Of a stretch of 64,000 nt of DNA, positions 21,063 to 30,862 are shown one piece after another. The stretch's first letter is position 1, and each line of letters opens with the position of its first letter. Location of the stretch: assembly GCA_965213925.1 (NCBI GenBank), contig OZ243927.1, positions 800,001 to 864,000 on the forward strand, given 5' to 3'. This stretch comes from Trueperaceae bacterium (GTDB lineage: Bacteria; Deinococcota; Deinococci; Deinococcales; Trueperaceae). The translations under genes were made by a program, and so were the position numbers. The notes beneath the pieces were generated by a model, which saw nothing but the letters and a program-made list of their open reading frames with translations, was not told where the DNA came from and ran no database searches.

Positions 21063-21863
21063 TGGACCGCGAGCCAGTCTTGGCTGTTCTGGCTGGCGGT
21101 GACTTCGGCGTAGGTGTAGTTGCTTGCGCCTAAAACAGCTACGAAGACTTGTCCCTGTTGCACCTCACCACTTTGAGGATCGGTGATCGGTAACGTGACC
21201 CCGGCGTAGTCAACGAACAGTTTCTCGCCTGCAGTATGGGACTGCCGCATGATGACGCCTTGCTCGCCCAGCTAGACTCTGTAGCAAACGGTGAACGTCG
21301 AATACTCGTACCCCGTAGGATGCTGCACTTTATATTCCTGCCACAAGAGCAGCAGGGTGACCCCTTTGCGCTGCTTTTCCTTATGGACGTATTCCCAATC
21401 GGGTTCAGGACGTGACGCTTCGCCTTTCACGGCAAACAGCCTGGCTTCTAATGCCGCATCATCCCACTCAGCACTGAGTGGCCACGACAGCCCAGCGGCT
21501 TCGGCGCGGCGCAGATAATTGCTGACGCTGCCCTTGCTGAGCGCACAACTCTGAGCAATCTGCCGCTCGCTCAGCTCGCACGCATATCTCAACCTTAGAA
21601 TCTCTCGGACCTTCCTCAAAAGAGTCCTCAACAGCAGGTAGCATCTGGTCATAAACACAGCGGCTCAGTAACGGCATGATACGCCCTGTTGAAGACTCTT
21701 TGACGCTCGCTTTCTCGACATGCTCTATCTTGCCGGGCATGTCTCGGGAGTGTCTCGCGTCGCTACGCTGAGGTGGTCAAGGTTGCTAAAACACTGGTCA
21801 ATTTATGTAAATTGACCGCCCACGTATCGTAAAGTCAATGGTCAAATTGGGCTGAAATACGCA
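21063..21863 (-). mobile_element. istA: Truncated IS21-family element (istA pseudogene plus left end)
   Basis: [45 protein letters not shown]; internal TAG at 21272-21274; end starts TGCGTATTTC with repeated TTGACC units. Confidence 0.85.
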
Positions 21864-22245
21864 AACGCTGACAAGTAAAGGAGAGGTCCAGGTACGGGTG
21901 TACAAACGCGCCCTTATTCTGCTGCTAGCAGATGAGGGACTAAAAGACGCTGAGATCACCTCACGAGTAGGCGTGAGCCGAGTAACGGTGAGCCGCATTC
22001 GGCAGCGCTACGAAGTGGAGGGTTTGGGGGCGGTAGCGGAAAGGGCGAGACCGGGGCGTCCGAGTATCTTCAGTGGAGAGACGATCGAAATTGAGTTCTC
22101 CGCCCTCGCTAGGCAATGTCTCAATAGACGTATCCCTTGTCAAAAGCAACTAGGGCGTGAAGTCTTGGCTTGGGTCGACGCTCGTAATGCTGAATGCATC
22201 TCCGTCACCTGGCAGTTCTCTATCCAGAGTGCGCGTGACACTTAG
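21864..22245 (+). pseudogene. Internally deleted IS630 transposase remnant
   Basis: KRALILLLADEG...RPGRP joined directly to IEIEFSALARQCL.RRIP...WQF; N-terminus cut by the IS21 end. Confidence 0.75.
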
Positions 22246-23957
22246 GTGTAGCGGGAAGCTCAAAGCGGATTACGTTTAAGATATCCCCTTTGAATTTTGT
22301 CGTCTCAAAAGAGATGTGCAGATACTTCTCAGCTAAAGCGATGAATAGCCTCGGGAAGAGTTCGTCATCGTCTCCTACCCGCCGCCGCAATTCATCGACG
22401 ACGACGCTTTGCATCAAGGACCCGCTGCTGAAAGAGGTAGGCTTAAACCCGAAGTCCTTAACGAGAATGTGGAGCACTTTAGGTAGATTTTCGGGCTGCT
22501 TCTCCAGATAATCAAAGAGAAGATTGAGCGCTATGCGGAAGTTGTCCGGGCTCGAGTACACAAACGCACTTAGTATGCTTAAAATTGATGGTCTGGGGAT
22601 GCTCGAGTCAGGTTTTGTTTTCAAGCTCGAGAGGTCTATGCCTTTCGGTTCCAAGCGGTCGATGTAGGCTTGAGCAAAAAGCAATGTCTCAGTTTTCTTC
22701 ACGAACCAGAAGGTATTTACGAGGTACAGCAAACCTTCCTGATCGTTAGCTTCCTCAAATGCCTTCCACGCCTCATCCACGCATGGACGCATCACCTCCA
22801 CAACAGCTTCGGCATCGAAAGCGTTGAGGATAGGGTTGATCATATCGATCAGCTTGCGCTCCTGCTCGGGGAAAAAGTGAGTCAGAAGCGCCGAGAAGTC
22901 GAGCGTCCGCTCTTTGAAGAAAGCGAGATAGGTGATGTACGTGGCGAGCACCTGGTCTGAGAACCGGAGCACCTCGTTTTCGTACATATCCATCACCTCT
23001 AACTCGTGAAGGCGTTGAGCCGTGCTCCAGAACGCTTCCGGTGTGATGCCGAAGGCTGCGACGATACTATGCATCTGTTCCGCATTTGCCCTGTCAACGT
23101 ATCTGAAGAAACCGACAATGCCAGCGACTCTCAGTAAGTCTCGGTTCCCTAAGCTCTCAAGGTCCTTACGGATGGAGCTGAAATATTCGTCGTAGAGTGC
23201 GGACACGTCGAGGATGCTTTGGAGGGTGTTCTCACGTTTCGCTACTTGCGCCGCCATGACGGCTAGGCGCGGGTTGTCCTGCGCTATGTTGATGATGTGA
23301 TCAAGATATGAAGGGTGAGTAATTTCAAACTCGTCTTCCAGTAGTTGCCTTATCTATGTATCGTCGAAGGGTCCAAGTCCGACCTCCGTCCGCTCACCGT
23401 AAATCTTTACAGCTTCGCGCACTTTCTCTAATGCGTAATCGCGAACAGTGACCACGACCTTGAATTTCTGATCTACCCTTTGAGTATGGAGAAGTTGGAG
23501 CACGTAGTCAAAGCCGCTCACGCGGTTCGCGTCATCGACGAAGATGAGGTACTCCCCCGAGTCGGAGAAATGAACCCGTAAATCTTCGAAAAGGTCCGCC
23601 CCTCGGTTATAAATACAACGCACGTCGTAGCTCGAGTAACTCCCCACAAATTTACGACAAGCTTCCAGAGCAAGGCTTGACTTCCCTATGCCTGCAGAGC
23701 CAGAGATGATAACGATGTCGGTATGCACAAGCGCGTTTAGAACTCGCTGCAACTCCTCGTCCCGGAAGAGAAAATCGGTGTCGAGTGGCGTGGCAAGCGT
23801 ATTTCTATTGTAGGCGCTGACGAACTCATCCGATTCGACAATCTGACCGGTATCGACTTGAACGCCCAAGAAGTCTCTGGCAAGACCGGGGAAGTTCTGG
23901 TAGAGATCAAAAGCGATGCGCTCAAGGTTAAAGAAGTTTACATTGACGCCTTCGTCT
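22246..23957 (-). pseudogene. Fragmented STAND-type P-loop NTPase, putative defence protein
   Basis: GSAGIGKS Walker A, IFVDDAN Walker B; in-frame TAG at 23354-23356 joins the two ORFs; truncated by IS elements at both ends. Confidence 0.65.
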
Positions 23958-25186
23958 GGTACTGCTCCAAAAATTTCTTCAAGCGGCTAAGCGAGGGTTT
24001 GCCGCTCCAATAAGTGTAGCCCAGGGGGTGGTGTAGTCCAAAGCTGAATGCCGCCGCTTGCGGTTATACCAGCAGTGAAAGTCAGGTAGAGCCTGTTGAA
24101 CTTCGGCGAGTGATCGCCAGTCATGCCTAAAAGCGAACGAGTATTTGTAGGTGCGGTTGAGCCTTTCAAGGATGCCCATACCGCCTTTTTGGCTGACTTT
24201 GCATCTGACCCACGCACCGTGGCGCAAGCAAGCATTTTGAAACACCTCGCCGGTGAAGTCCGAGCCGTCGTCGCTCTGGACGAGGATAGCGCTGCGGATA
24301 CTCTGCGAGCGCAACACGGCAATGCCTTCGTCGAGGGCTGCTTTGGCTAAGTGCATCGACAGACCCCTAACGGCTTTGCTCGCTAGCACGGTACGCGGTT
24401 GCACGTCCAACACGTGATAGACCCAGCACACCCCATCAGCGAGCGATAAACGGGTAGCGTCAATCTGCACCCGTCTCCCAGCAGGCCACTCGGGAGGCGG
24501 CACGACCTGCGGCGAGGGGTTTCTCGTCTTGCGCGGTTGTGGTGGGTTTAGCTCGAGGTCTCCAAGTAGCTGGCGCACACGGTGCAGACCTATTTGCTCC
24601 CCTTGATCCCGCAACTCCTGATAGAGAAATCTGTAGCCATAAGTCGGGTGTTGCAGCGCTACGTGCTTGACGGCTTCGCGCAATTTGTCCCCTTCTTCTT
24701 CGCGAGCACGCCTTGTAGCACTGCTTTTTTCAAAGTCACGTAGCTGCCGGTATCCCGGCATACTGGGCAAAGCGTCTTAAACTCAGCTCCGGTCGGCTCT
24801 GACGTAGCGCTAACAGCTCAGCCATACTCAGAGCCGCCGCACTTTTCGCGAAATATCTAGCTCCAACTCTTTCTCAGCCAAAATGCGCTTCAAGCGGTCA
24901 TTCTCGCGCTCTAAGGTTACCTGTCCGTTATCCGGCTTGTTCCCAGCGAGCCTGGCACGCCCGCCTTCGAGAAAGTTTGCCTTCCAGGTGTGAATCTGGC
25001 TCTTATTGACCCCATGCTGTCTGGCTGCCTCAGCCACGCTGACCTCGCCTCGCAGCACCGATAACACGGTGGTCTCTTTGACCTCTAGGCTCCAGGACTT
25101 TCGTTGCTTGCCCATCTTCTTCCTCCAAGTTCTTCTACCCTCGCATAATTCGGGTTGAGTTTGGAAGAAATCGCTGGAGCACTACC
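23958..25186 (-). mobile_element. IS3-like insertion sequence (orfA 24828-25115, orfB about 23979-24825, frameshifted)
   Basis: IRs GGTACTGCTCCAAAAATTTCTTC / GGTAGTGCTCCAGCGATTTCTTC; HTH orfA; rve orfB (YGYR, QIDAT, SDDGSDF, ERLNRT, YNRKRRHSAL); no target duplication. Confidence 0.85.
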
Positions 25187-25572
25187 GGTACACCTGTCCT
25201 CGCCACGTCAGCGACGTTCCGGGTGACGAGCGTCAGATTATGCGTGTGTGCTGTTGCTGCTAAGAGGCTGTCTATGACAGGTAAAGGGTCGGGTGCGTTG
25301 AAGCTGCCCCAGGTCTCTGCTACTTCAACCGTGATCAGCAGGATTTGGTCGCGGTAGTCGCGTTTGAGCGTCCCAAGCCACGCATCATAAACAGCAGCCT
25401 GAGCTGGATCGCGCTGCCTGAGTCGCTCGACCCCCTGTCGTATTTCGCCGACGACCAGCACGCTCAAGAAGAGTTCGTCGCTGCGAACGGAGGCAAACCA
25501 GGCCTTCACTCCCTCGTCGCCCCGAGGCTTACGCACTTCGGAGAGGATGTTCGTGTCCAGCAGATAGCTCAA
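25135..25572 (-). CDS. vapC: VapC/PIN toxin, C-terminus supplied by IS sequence
   Basis: YLLDTNILSE, VGEIRQG, DSLLAATA, LVTRN..D. Confidence 0.9.
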   Translation of the reverse strand: MSYLLDTNILSEVRKPRGDEGVKAWFASVRSDELFLSVLVVGEIRQGVERLRQRDPAQAAVYDAWLGTLKRDYRDQILLITVEVAETWGSFNAPDPLPVIDSLLAATAHTHNLTLVTRNVADVARTGVPVVLQRFLPNSTRIMRG

Positions 25573-25811
25573 AACTCGATCACACGACTGCGCTCGTCGG
25601 AGCGTTCGATTTCTAAGGTACTGAGGTCAGGTCCGCTCGTGAGGAAGCTTTTGAAATCCTCCTTGCTGCCGCTCAGCTTGCGATACGCCTCAGCCGATAC
25701 GACGACGGCGACCTCCTCGCCGTGGCGCGTGGCGACCTGCGGACCCTCGTCCTGGGCCTGTTTGATAAGCTGACTTAATTTCTGTTTCGCCTCTTGCAGT
25801 TGCCACACCAT
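25569..25811 (-). CDS. Phd/YefM-family antitoxin
   Basis: WQLQEAKQKLSQLI..A..EGPQ.ATRHG; overlaps the vapC start. Confidence 0.9.
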   Translation of the reverse strand: MVWQLQEAKQKLSQLIKQAQDEGPQVATRHGEEVAVVVSAEAYRKLSGSKEDFKSFLTSGPDLSTLEIERSDERSRVIEF

Positions 25812-25869
25812 ACTGACCTCCTACCTAGTCTGTCTAGATTATAGCAGAAGCATCTGACAATACCTTGGG

Positions 25870-26006
25870 CTTCTGCAAAAGACGCGCGCGTCTTACGCAT
25901 AATGGTGCATCCGTGAAATTCCGTATAGTTTCCAAAGTCCGTCCTCGGTGTTCCCAGCGCAAATCACTGCGTCGGCGATTTGTAACGAACTTTGTGGACG
26001 AACCAA
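25870..26006. mobile_element. REP-like palindrome (25870-25899) abutting an IS630-derived MITE (25902-26006)
   Basis: CTTCTGCAAAAGACGCGCGCGTCTTACGCA-TA-ATGGTGCATCC...GGACGAACCAA-TA. Confidence 0.8.
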
Positions 26007-26197
26007 TAAGGTTCGTGCCCAATAAGGGCCGATTTTTGCCGAAACGTAAAAGCAAGAGCGGGTTGCGTTAAGTGCCGCGCTGCCCTCTCCGATTGACCTT
26101 TGGAGTACCATAATGGACAGATAGAACATAAGAGGATGACCTAAGGCTAGCTGCTCACCTCTTCCCCTTTAAGGGGGCGCGTCGCCAGGAGTTCTTT

Positions 26198-28906
26198 ATG
26201 TCTCAGCTTCTCAGTCCGCTACCCGCTCAAGGTAGCCTTGTCACGCTAGGCGACCTAACGCTTAAAGGGAGCAGCTTCGACCGAACAAAACCGCTCTTGC
26301 TCCTGTGCTATTTGTGTTTAGAAGGACCCAAGGAACGCCGCCACTTGGCCGAACTTTTCTGGCCGGGGGCTGCAGACCCACTGGCGAGCCTTGCTACTGA
26401 ACTTTCGAGGCTCAAGCGTCACCTCGGTGACGTCGTCGATACCGACGCAAGCCACACTAAAGCGCTCCTGCAAACCGACGTCCAGGTTTTCTTGCGCTCG
26501 CTCGAGCGGCAAGACCTAAGCCAAGCTGCGGCTGTCTACAAAGGTGATTTTCTCAAAGGAGTAGCGTTAAAGAACGTCTCGCAAGAACTCGAGGCGTGGG
26601 TCTACGGCACACGCGAATTCTTGGCGGGGCGAGCCCGCGACGTGTTGCTCGGCTTGGGCGAGGCGGCCGCCCGCCGTGACGACTATACCGAGGCGGCCGG
26701 GCGCGCTCACGAAGCCTACGCACAGGTGCAGACCGCCGCGTTAGAACCCGAGCAGTTGCGGAGGGCGTACACCCTTCTGGTCGCGGACGACCACCCTTGG
26801 GCAGCGACGCTCAGAGAGGAAGCGCGCGACTTGGGAATGTCCCTGGACGTTAGCAAGGTCGAAGCGCGCAAGCGTTTACGCCCGGCGCAGGGTGACGCTC
26901 TCCCGGGCGACGCGACGAGCTTTGTGGGGCGCGGCGCGGAGGTTCGCGACGTGGTGGCCTTGCTGCGGGGCGAGGCCCGGCTCGTCTCGGTCGTCGGGCT
27001 GGCCGGCACGGGCAAGTCCAGGTTAGCCGCCGAGGTGGTGAGGAACCTGCAGGCCGAGGGGGTCTTTCCTGACGGCGTCCATCCTGTGTGGCTCGTCGCC
27101 CTGACTCGTCCCGACGACGTGCCGACGGCCTTTGCAAACGCGCTCGGGCTGGTTGAAGAGAAAGAGGGCCCCCTCGAGGGGGTCGCCCGTCACATAGAGG
27201 ACAGGCGCACCCTCGTCTACTTCGACAACTACGAGCACGTCATCGAGGGTGCATCCTTTCTGTCCGAGCTGCTCACGCGCTGCCCGAAGCTGAAAATTTT
27301 AGTCACCTCGCGCGAACGCCTCAACCTAGAGGAGGAGTGGACCTTTTGGCTCGAGGGCCTGAGCGTTGCGGCGGAGCCGCACCTTCTGTCCGATGCGGCC
27401 GAGCTTTTCATCGCGCGGGCCAAGCGTATGGACGTCACTTTCGCGGTTCCGGAGAACTTAGAGGCCATCGACGACCTTTGCGCCTTGGTCGAAGGCTCAC
27501 CGCTGGCGCTAGAGCTGGCGGCCTCTTGGGTCCGAGTGATGTCCTGCGCCGAGGTAAAGGCGCAATTTGAACAAGACCTCGGCGCGTTGAGCACGCGGCT
27601 TAAGAACACCCCCGAAAGACACAGGAGCTTAGAGGTGGCCTTTGGCTACTCCTGGGACCTTCTCTCCGGCGAGGAGCGGCGGGTGTTGCGCGAGCTGTCG
27701 GTGTTCCGGGGAGGCTTCAGCCTCGAGGGGGCTAGGAGGGTGGCGGGCGCGGGGCTCTCAACCCTGGTATCGCTCACGGACAAGTCGCTTCTCAAACAAG
27801 CGGGGGGGCGCTACGGGCGGCACCCGCTGCTCTACAACTTTACGCAGCACAAGCTTGCCGAGCACCCCGAAGTGGAAGCAGCGGCGCGACATCGACACGC
27901 AGCTTTCTACACCGCCTGGGCTGAGGAAGCCGCTCCGCACCTGTCCGGGGGGGAGCAAGCGACCTGGCTGGAGCGCGTCGCGCGCGACCTTAGCAACGTC
28001 CAAGTCGCGGCGCGCTGGGCCGTGGCGCATGGCGAGGTGGAACTGGGTTTACGTGTCTTAACAGCTTTGGAAACATTCTGGTATGTGCGTGACGTACGCG
28101 CAGGCAAAATCCTCTTAGAAGAGACCTTGGCCTCAGCGGAGCTTGACCCTACCAATGCCTGCCGCGCCGACGCTTCAAGGGTGCTCGGCGTGCTCCGCTG
28201 GCGCGAAAACGACCTCGGTGGCGCAGGGGCGGCTTATGAGGACAGCCTCGCCGCCTACCGCGCCAACGGCGACGAGCAGGGCGTTGCCAAGCTCCTCAAC
28301 AACCTGGGGATTCTTGCCTCGCTCCGCGGCGAGTTCGGCGAGGCGCAGGGGCTCTACGAGGAAAGTCTGACCATCAAGCGCCGCCTGGGTGACAAACGCG
28401 GCGTCGCCGCGTCACTTAACAATTTAGGCATCGCCGCGCGCCACCGCGGCGACAACGTGGCGGCCTACGCGTTCTACCGGGAGAGCTTGGCGCTCGAGCA
28501 AGAGCTGAACAACGCACACGGCTTGATCGCCTCGCTCAACAACTTGGGCAAGGTGTCCCTTACCCTCGGCCGCGAGGGTCAGGCGCACAAACACCTGGCC
28601 GAGGCGCTGCGGTTGGAGCGTGAGCTGAGCGACATGATGTACCTTCTCGACACGCTCAACGTGTTGGCGGCCGTCGAAGCAACAGCCGACCGCTTTGAAC
28701 ACGCCGCCACGCTGCTGAGCGCTGAGAAGGCGCTACGCGGACATTTCGGCGTTGGGTTTCGACCTGAAGAGAGAGCGGAATTCGAAAAAGACGTCAGCTT
28801 GGCGCGCACCAAGCTGAGTGAGGTTGATTTCGGCGCGGGGTGGACGAAAGGGTGTGAGATGGACAAGAACAGTGCCATCGCCTACGCGCTCGAGATTTGT
28901 CGTTGA
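26198..28906 (+). CDS. AfsR/SARP-like STAND regulator (wHTH-BTAD, NB-ARC ATPase, TPR)
   Basis: LAELFWP, FVGR, GLAGTGKS, YFDNYEH, TSRERL, GSPLALELAA, multiple SLNNLG TPRs. Confidence 0.9.
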   Translation: MSQLLSPLPAQGSLVTLGDLTLKGSSFDRTKPLLLLCYLCLEGPKERRHLAELFWPGAADPLASLATELSRLKRHLGDVVDTDASHTKALLQTDVQVFLRSLERQDLSQAAAVYKGDFLKGVALKNVSQELEAWVYGTREFLAGRARDVLLGLGEAAARRDDYTEAAGRAHEAYAQVQTAALEPEQLRRAYTLLVADDHPWAATLREEARDLGMSLDVSKVEARKRLRPAQGDALPGDATSFVGRGAEVRDVVALLRGEARLVSVVGLAGTGKSRLAAEVVRNLQAEGVFPDGVHPVWLVALTRPDDVPTAFANALGLVEEKEGPLEGVARHIEDRRTLVYFDNYEHVIEGASFLSELLTRCPKLKILVTSRERLNLEEEWTFWLEGLSVAAEPHLLSDAAELFIARAKRMDVTFAVPENLEAIDDLCALVEGSPLALELAASWVRVMSCAEVKAQFEQDLGALSTRLKNTPERHRSLEVAFGYSWDLLSGEERRVLRELSVFRGGFSLEGARRVAGAGLSTLVSLTDKSLLKQAGGRYGRHPLLYNFTQHKLAEHPEVEAAARHRHAAFYTAWAEEAAPHLSGGEQATWLERVARDLSNVQVAARWAVAHGEVELGLRVLTALETFWYVRDVRAGKILLEETLASAELDPTNACRADASRVLGVLRWRENDLGGAGAAYEDSLAAYRANGDEQGVAKLLNNLGILASLRGEFGEAQGLYEESLTIKRRLGDKRGVAASLNNLGIAARHRGDNVAAYAFYRESLALEQELNNAHGLIASLNNLGKVSLTLGREGQAHKHLAEALRLERELSDMMYLLDTLNVLAAVEATADRFEHAATLLSAEKALRGHFGVGFRPEERAEFEKDVSLARTKLSEVDFGAGWTKGCEMDKNSAIAYALEICR

Positions 28907-28927
28907 GTTGCGTGTACCAAACGAGGG

Positions 28928-30601
28928 TCAGGTCAGACGGTGAAGCGTTTCTAATCCCAACGCTACCCGCTGCCCCAAGTTGAACTGAATCACCCGCTGA
29001 CCCACCGCCTCGAGCGCCTCTTTGTCCCCCAACGCCTGCGCCTTTTTGAGCACGTAAAAGGACACAGGAGCGCCCGCCCCGCCAGGAATAAGCGCGTTTC
29101 GCAGCGGCTCGGACACGAGTTGCACGATATGCCCGTTACGTTTGCCCCCCTTTTGCAACTGCCCCGTACTGTGCAAATAGTGCGGCCCAAACGCGCAGGT
29201 GACCGCGCACCCAAAACGCTCGCGCAGGGCCGCGCGAAGCCGGCCCAACTCCGCGCTCACCTCAACAGAGGGGGGCAAGTAGGCTTGCAACGCGATGTAG
29301 TCGCCCGGTTTCACCTTGGCAAGAAACCTTAGCAAAGCCTCGGCAGAGACGGCGGACGCCCCATCCGGCAAGCTATGAACCGCGTCGTAGTGCGCCATAA
29401 ACTCTCTTGTACGGGCATCGGCGGTTGCCACGTCCGGCTGGGCGAAGGGGTTGACGCCGAGGTGATAGGCGGCGACCGCCGCCCCGAACTGCCACACGAA
29501 GAGCTGTTCGGCCACGCTGTAGCCGTCGGGTAGCGCTACGTGCATGACAGGCTGCCCCACGGCCTCCAGCACTGCAAGAGGGGGCTCAAAAGAGGTGTCG
29601 TCGCCAAGCTGTAAGTGAACGAACACGCGGTCGCCGCCGTAAAGCTCGGGCGTGCCCAGCGGCTCCCCCAGCACCGGCACGAGGCCCACGCCCGCCTTGC
29701 CGGTAGCTTCAGCCAAGAGGCGCTCGAGCCACGCGCCCAGCCCCGCGAGCGCGTCGGGCAGCACGAACGTCACCTTGTCGCGCCCCGCTTTCGCCAAGGT
29801 GCCCAGCACGGCCCCGAGCCACACGCCAGCGTTGTTGGGCGTGAGGTCGGCGGCGCAGGCGGCGGCCCCGGCGAGCGCGTAGGTGCGCAGCTTCGGCAAG
29901 TCCACCCCGGCGAGCGCCGCCGGGAGGAGTCCGCAGAGCGACAGCGCCGCGTAGCAGCCGGGGACGTTAGCGTCGTTCAAAAAGGCTGCCCGGAAGCGGT
30001 GCTGCTCAGCGAGCGCCGCCAGCGGGTCGCCGGGGTTGCAAATAGCGACAAAGCGGTTTCCCGCTCCCGTACCCAGCTCGGCCACAACGCGGTTGTAAAA
30101 AAACTTGAAAAGCGCGTGCGTCTCTGTTGCTCCGCCTGACTTGTCTGCAACGATGATGAGTGTGGTCGGGTCGAGGTCACGCGCCCGCGCCATTACCGCG
30201 TCCGCGTCGGTACTCGCCAACGCGTCAAGCTGCAAGTAACCCTCGGCTGAGCCGAAGGTGGTGCTGACGAGCTCGAGCGCCAGGTAGGGCGCGCCCACCC
30301 CAAGGAGCAGCGCGCGCCCAAAGCCGCCTGCGCGCACCTCGTCGGCGAAGGTTGTCAGAGGCGCGGAGGCGGCGTTCATCCCTTCGGGCGCGTCCAGCCA
30401 CCCGAGGTTTGCGGGTTGGGTGACGCCGGGCCACAGCGTCACGTCACGGTCCCAGATACGCCGCGCCACCTCGTCTTTTGCAGCCTTCTCGAGCGCCGCC
30501 GCTACCCGTGGAGCGTAGCGACCGAGCGCAGCGCGGTAGCGCGGTATCTCCTCAGAAGCTTTTTCTCGCTTAAACTCCACCGATGTACCTTTCTTAGCCA
30601 C
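28928..30601 (-). CDS. Glucose-6-phosphate isomerase-like protein (Tal-Pgi type) with altered active-site motifs
   Basis: IWDRD.TLW, LGWLD, GRDKVT, AEATGK, GVNPFAQPDV, YLHSTGQLQKGG. Confidence 0.75.
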   Translation of the reverse strand: MAKKGTSVEFKREKASEEIPRYRAALGRYAPRVAAALEKAAKDEVARRIWDRDVTLWPGVTQPANLGWLDAPEGMNAASAPLTTFADEVRAGGFGRALLLGVGAPYLALELVSTTFGSAEGYLQLDALASTDADAVMARARDLDPTTLIIVADKSGGATETHALFKFFYNRVVAELGTGAGNRFVAICNPGDPLAALAEQHRFRAAFLNDANVPGCYAALSLCGLLPAALAGVDLPKLRTYALAGAAACAADLTPNNAGVWLGAVLGTLAKAGRDKVTFVLPDALAGLGAWLERLLAEATGKAGVGLVPVLGEPLGTPELYGGDRVFVHLQLGDDTSFEPPLAVLEAVGQPVMHVALPDGYSVAEQLFVWQFGAAVAAYHLGVNPFAQPDVATADARTREFMAHYDAVHSLPDGASAVSAEALLRFLAKVKPGDYIALQAYLPPSVEVSAELGRLRAALRERFGCAVTCAFGPHYLHSTGQLQKGGKRNGHIVQLVSEPLRNALIPGGAGAPVSFYVLKKAQALGDKEALEAVGQRVIQFNLGQRVALGLETLHRLT

Positions 30602-30674
30602 CGCAGTCCTTAGCTACCAAAGCCGCCGCACTGGAAGCGCGTATCCTGCACCTTAGAACGTGTAAAGTGGGGCG

Positions 30675-30691
30675 TCTTGAATGTTCTTGCG
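30675..30691 (-). promoter_or_regulatory. Putative AraC-type operator, copy 1
   Basis: TCTTGAATGTTCTTGCG (plus strand), about 75 bp upstream of the pgi-like gene. Confidence 0.65.
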
Positions 30692-30862
30692 AAGTTACGC
30701 CCGGTAAGTCGGAGGTCTGTGGGCCGTGGTCGGGTCATCGCTGTGTCTGCAGAGCGTCTGCCTCAGCTTGATGCGAACCTTGTGGAAGGTAAAATAAAGC
30801 TATGCAGCCCTCTAAACCTGAAGCAGCGTCGCGGCCCGAACAACTCCTGACGTGGCTAGGAC

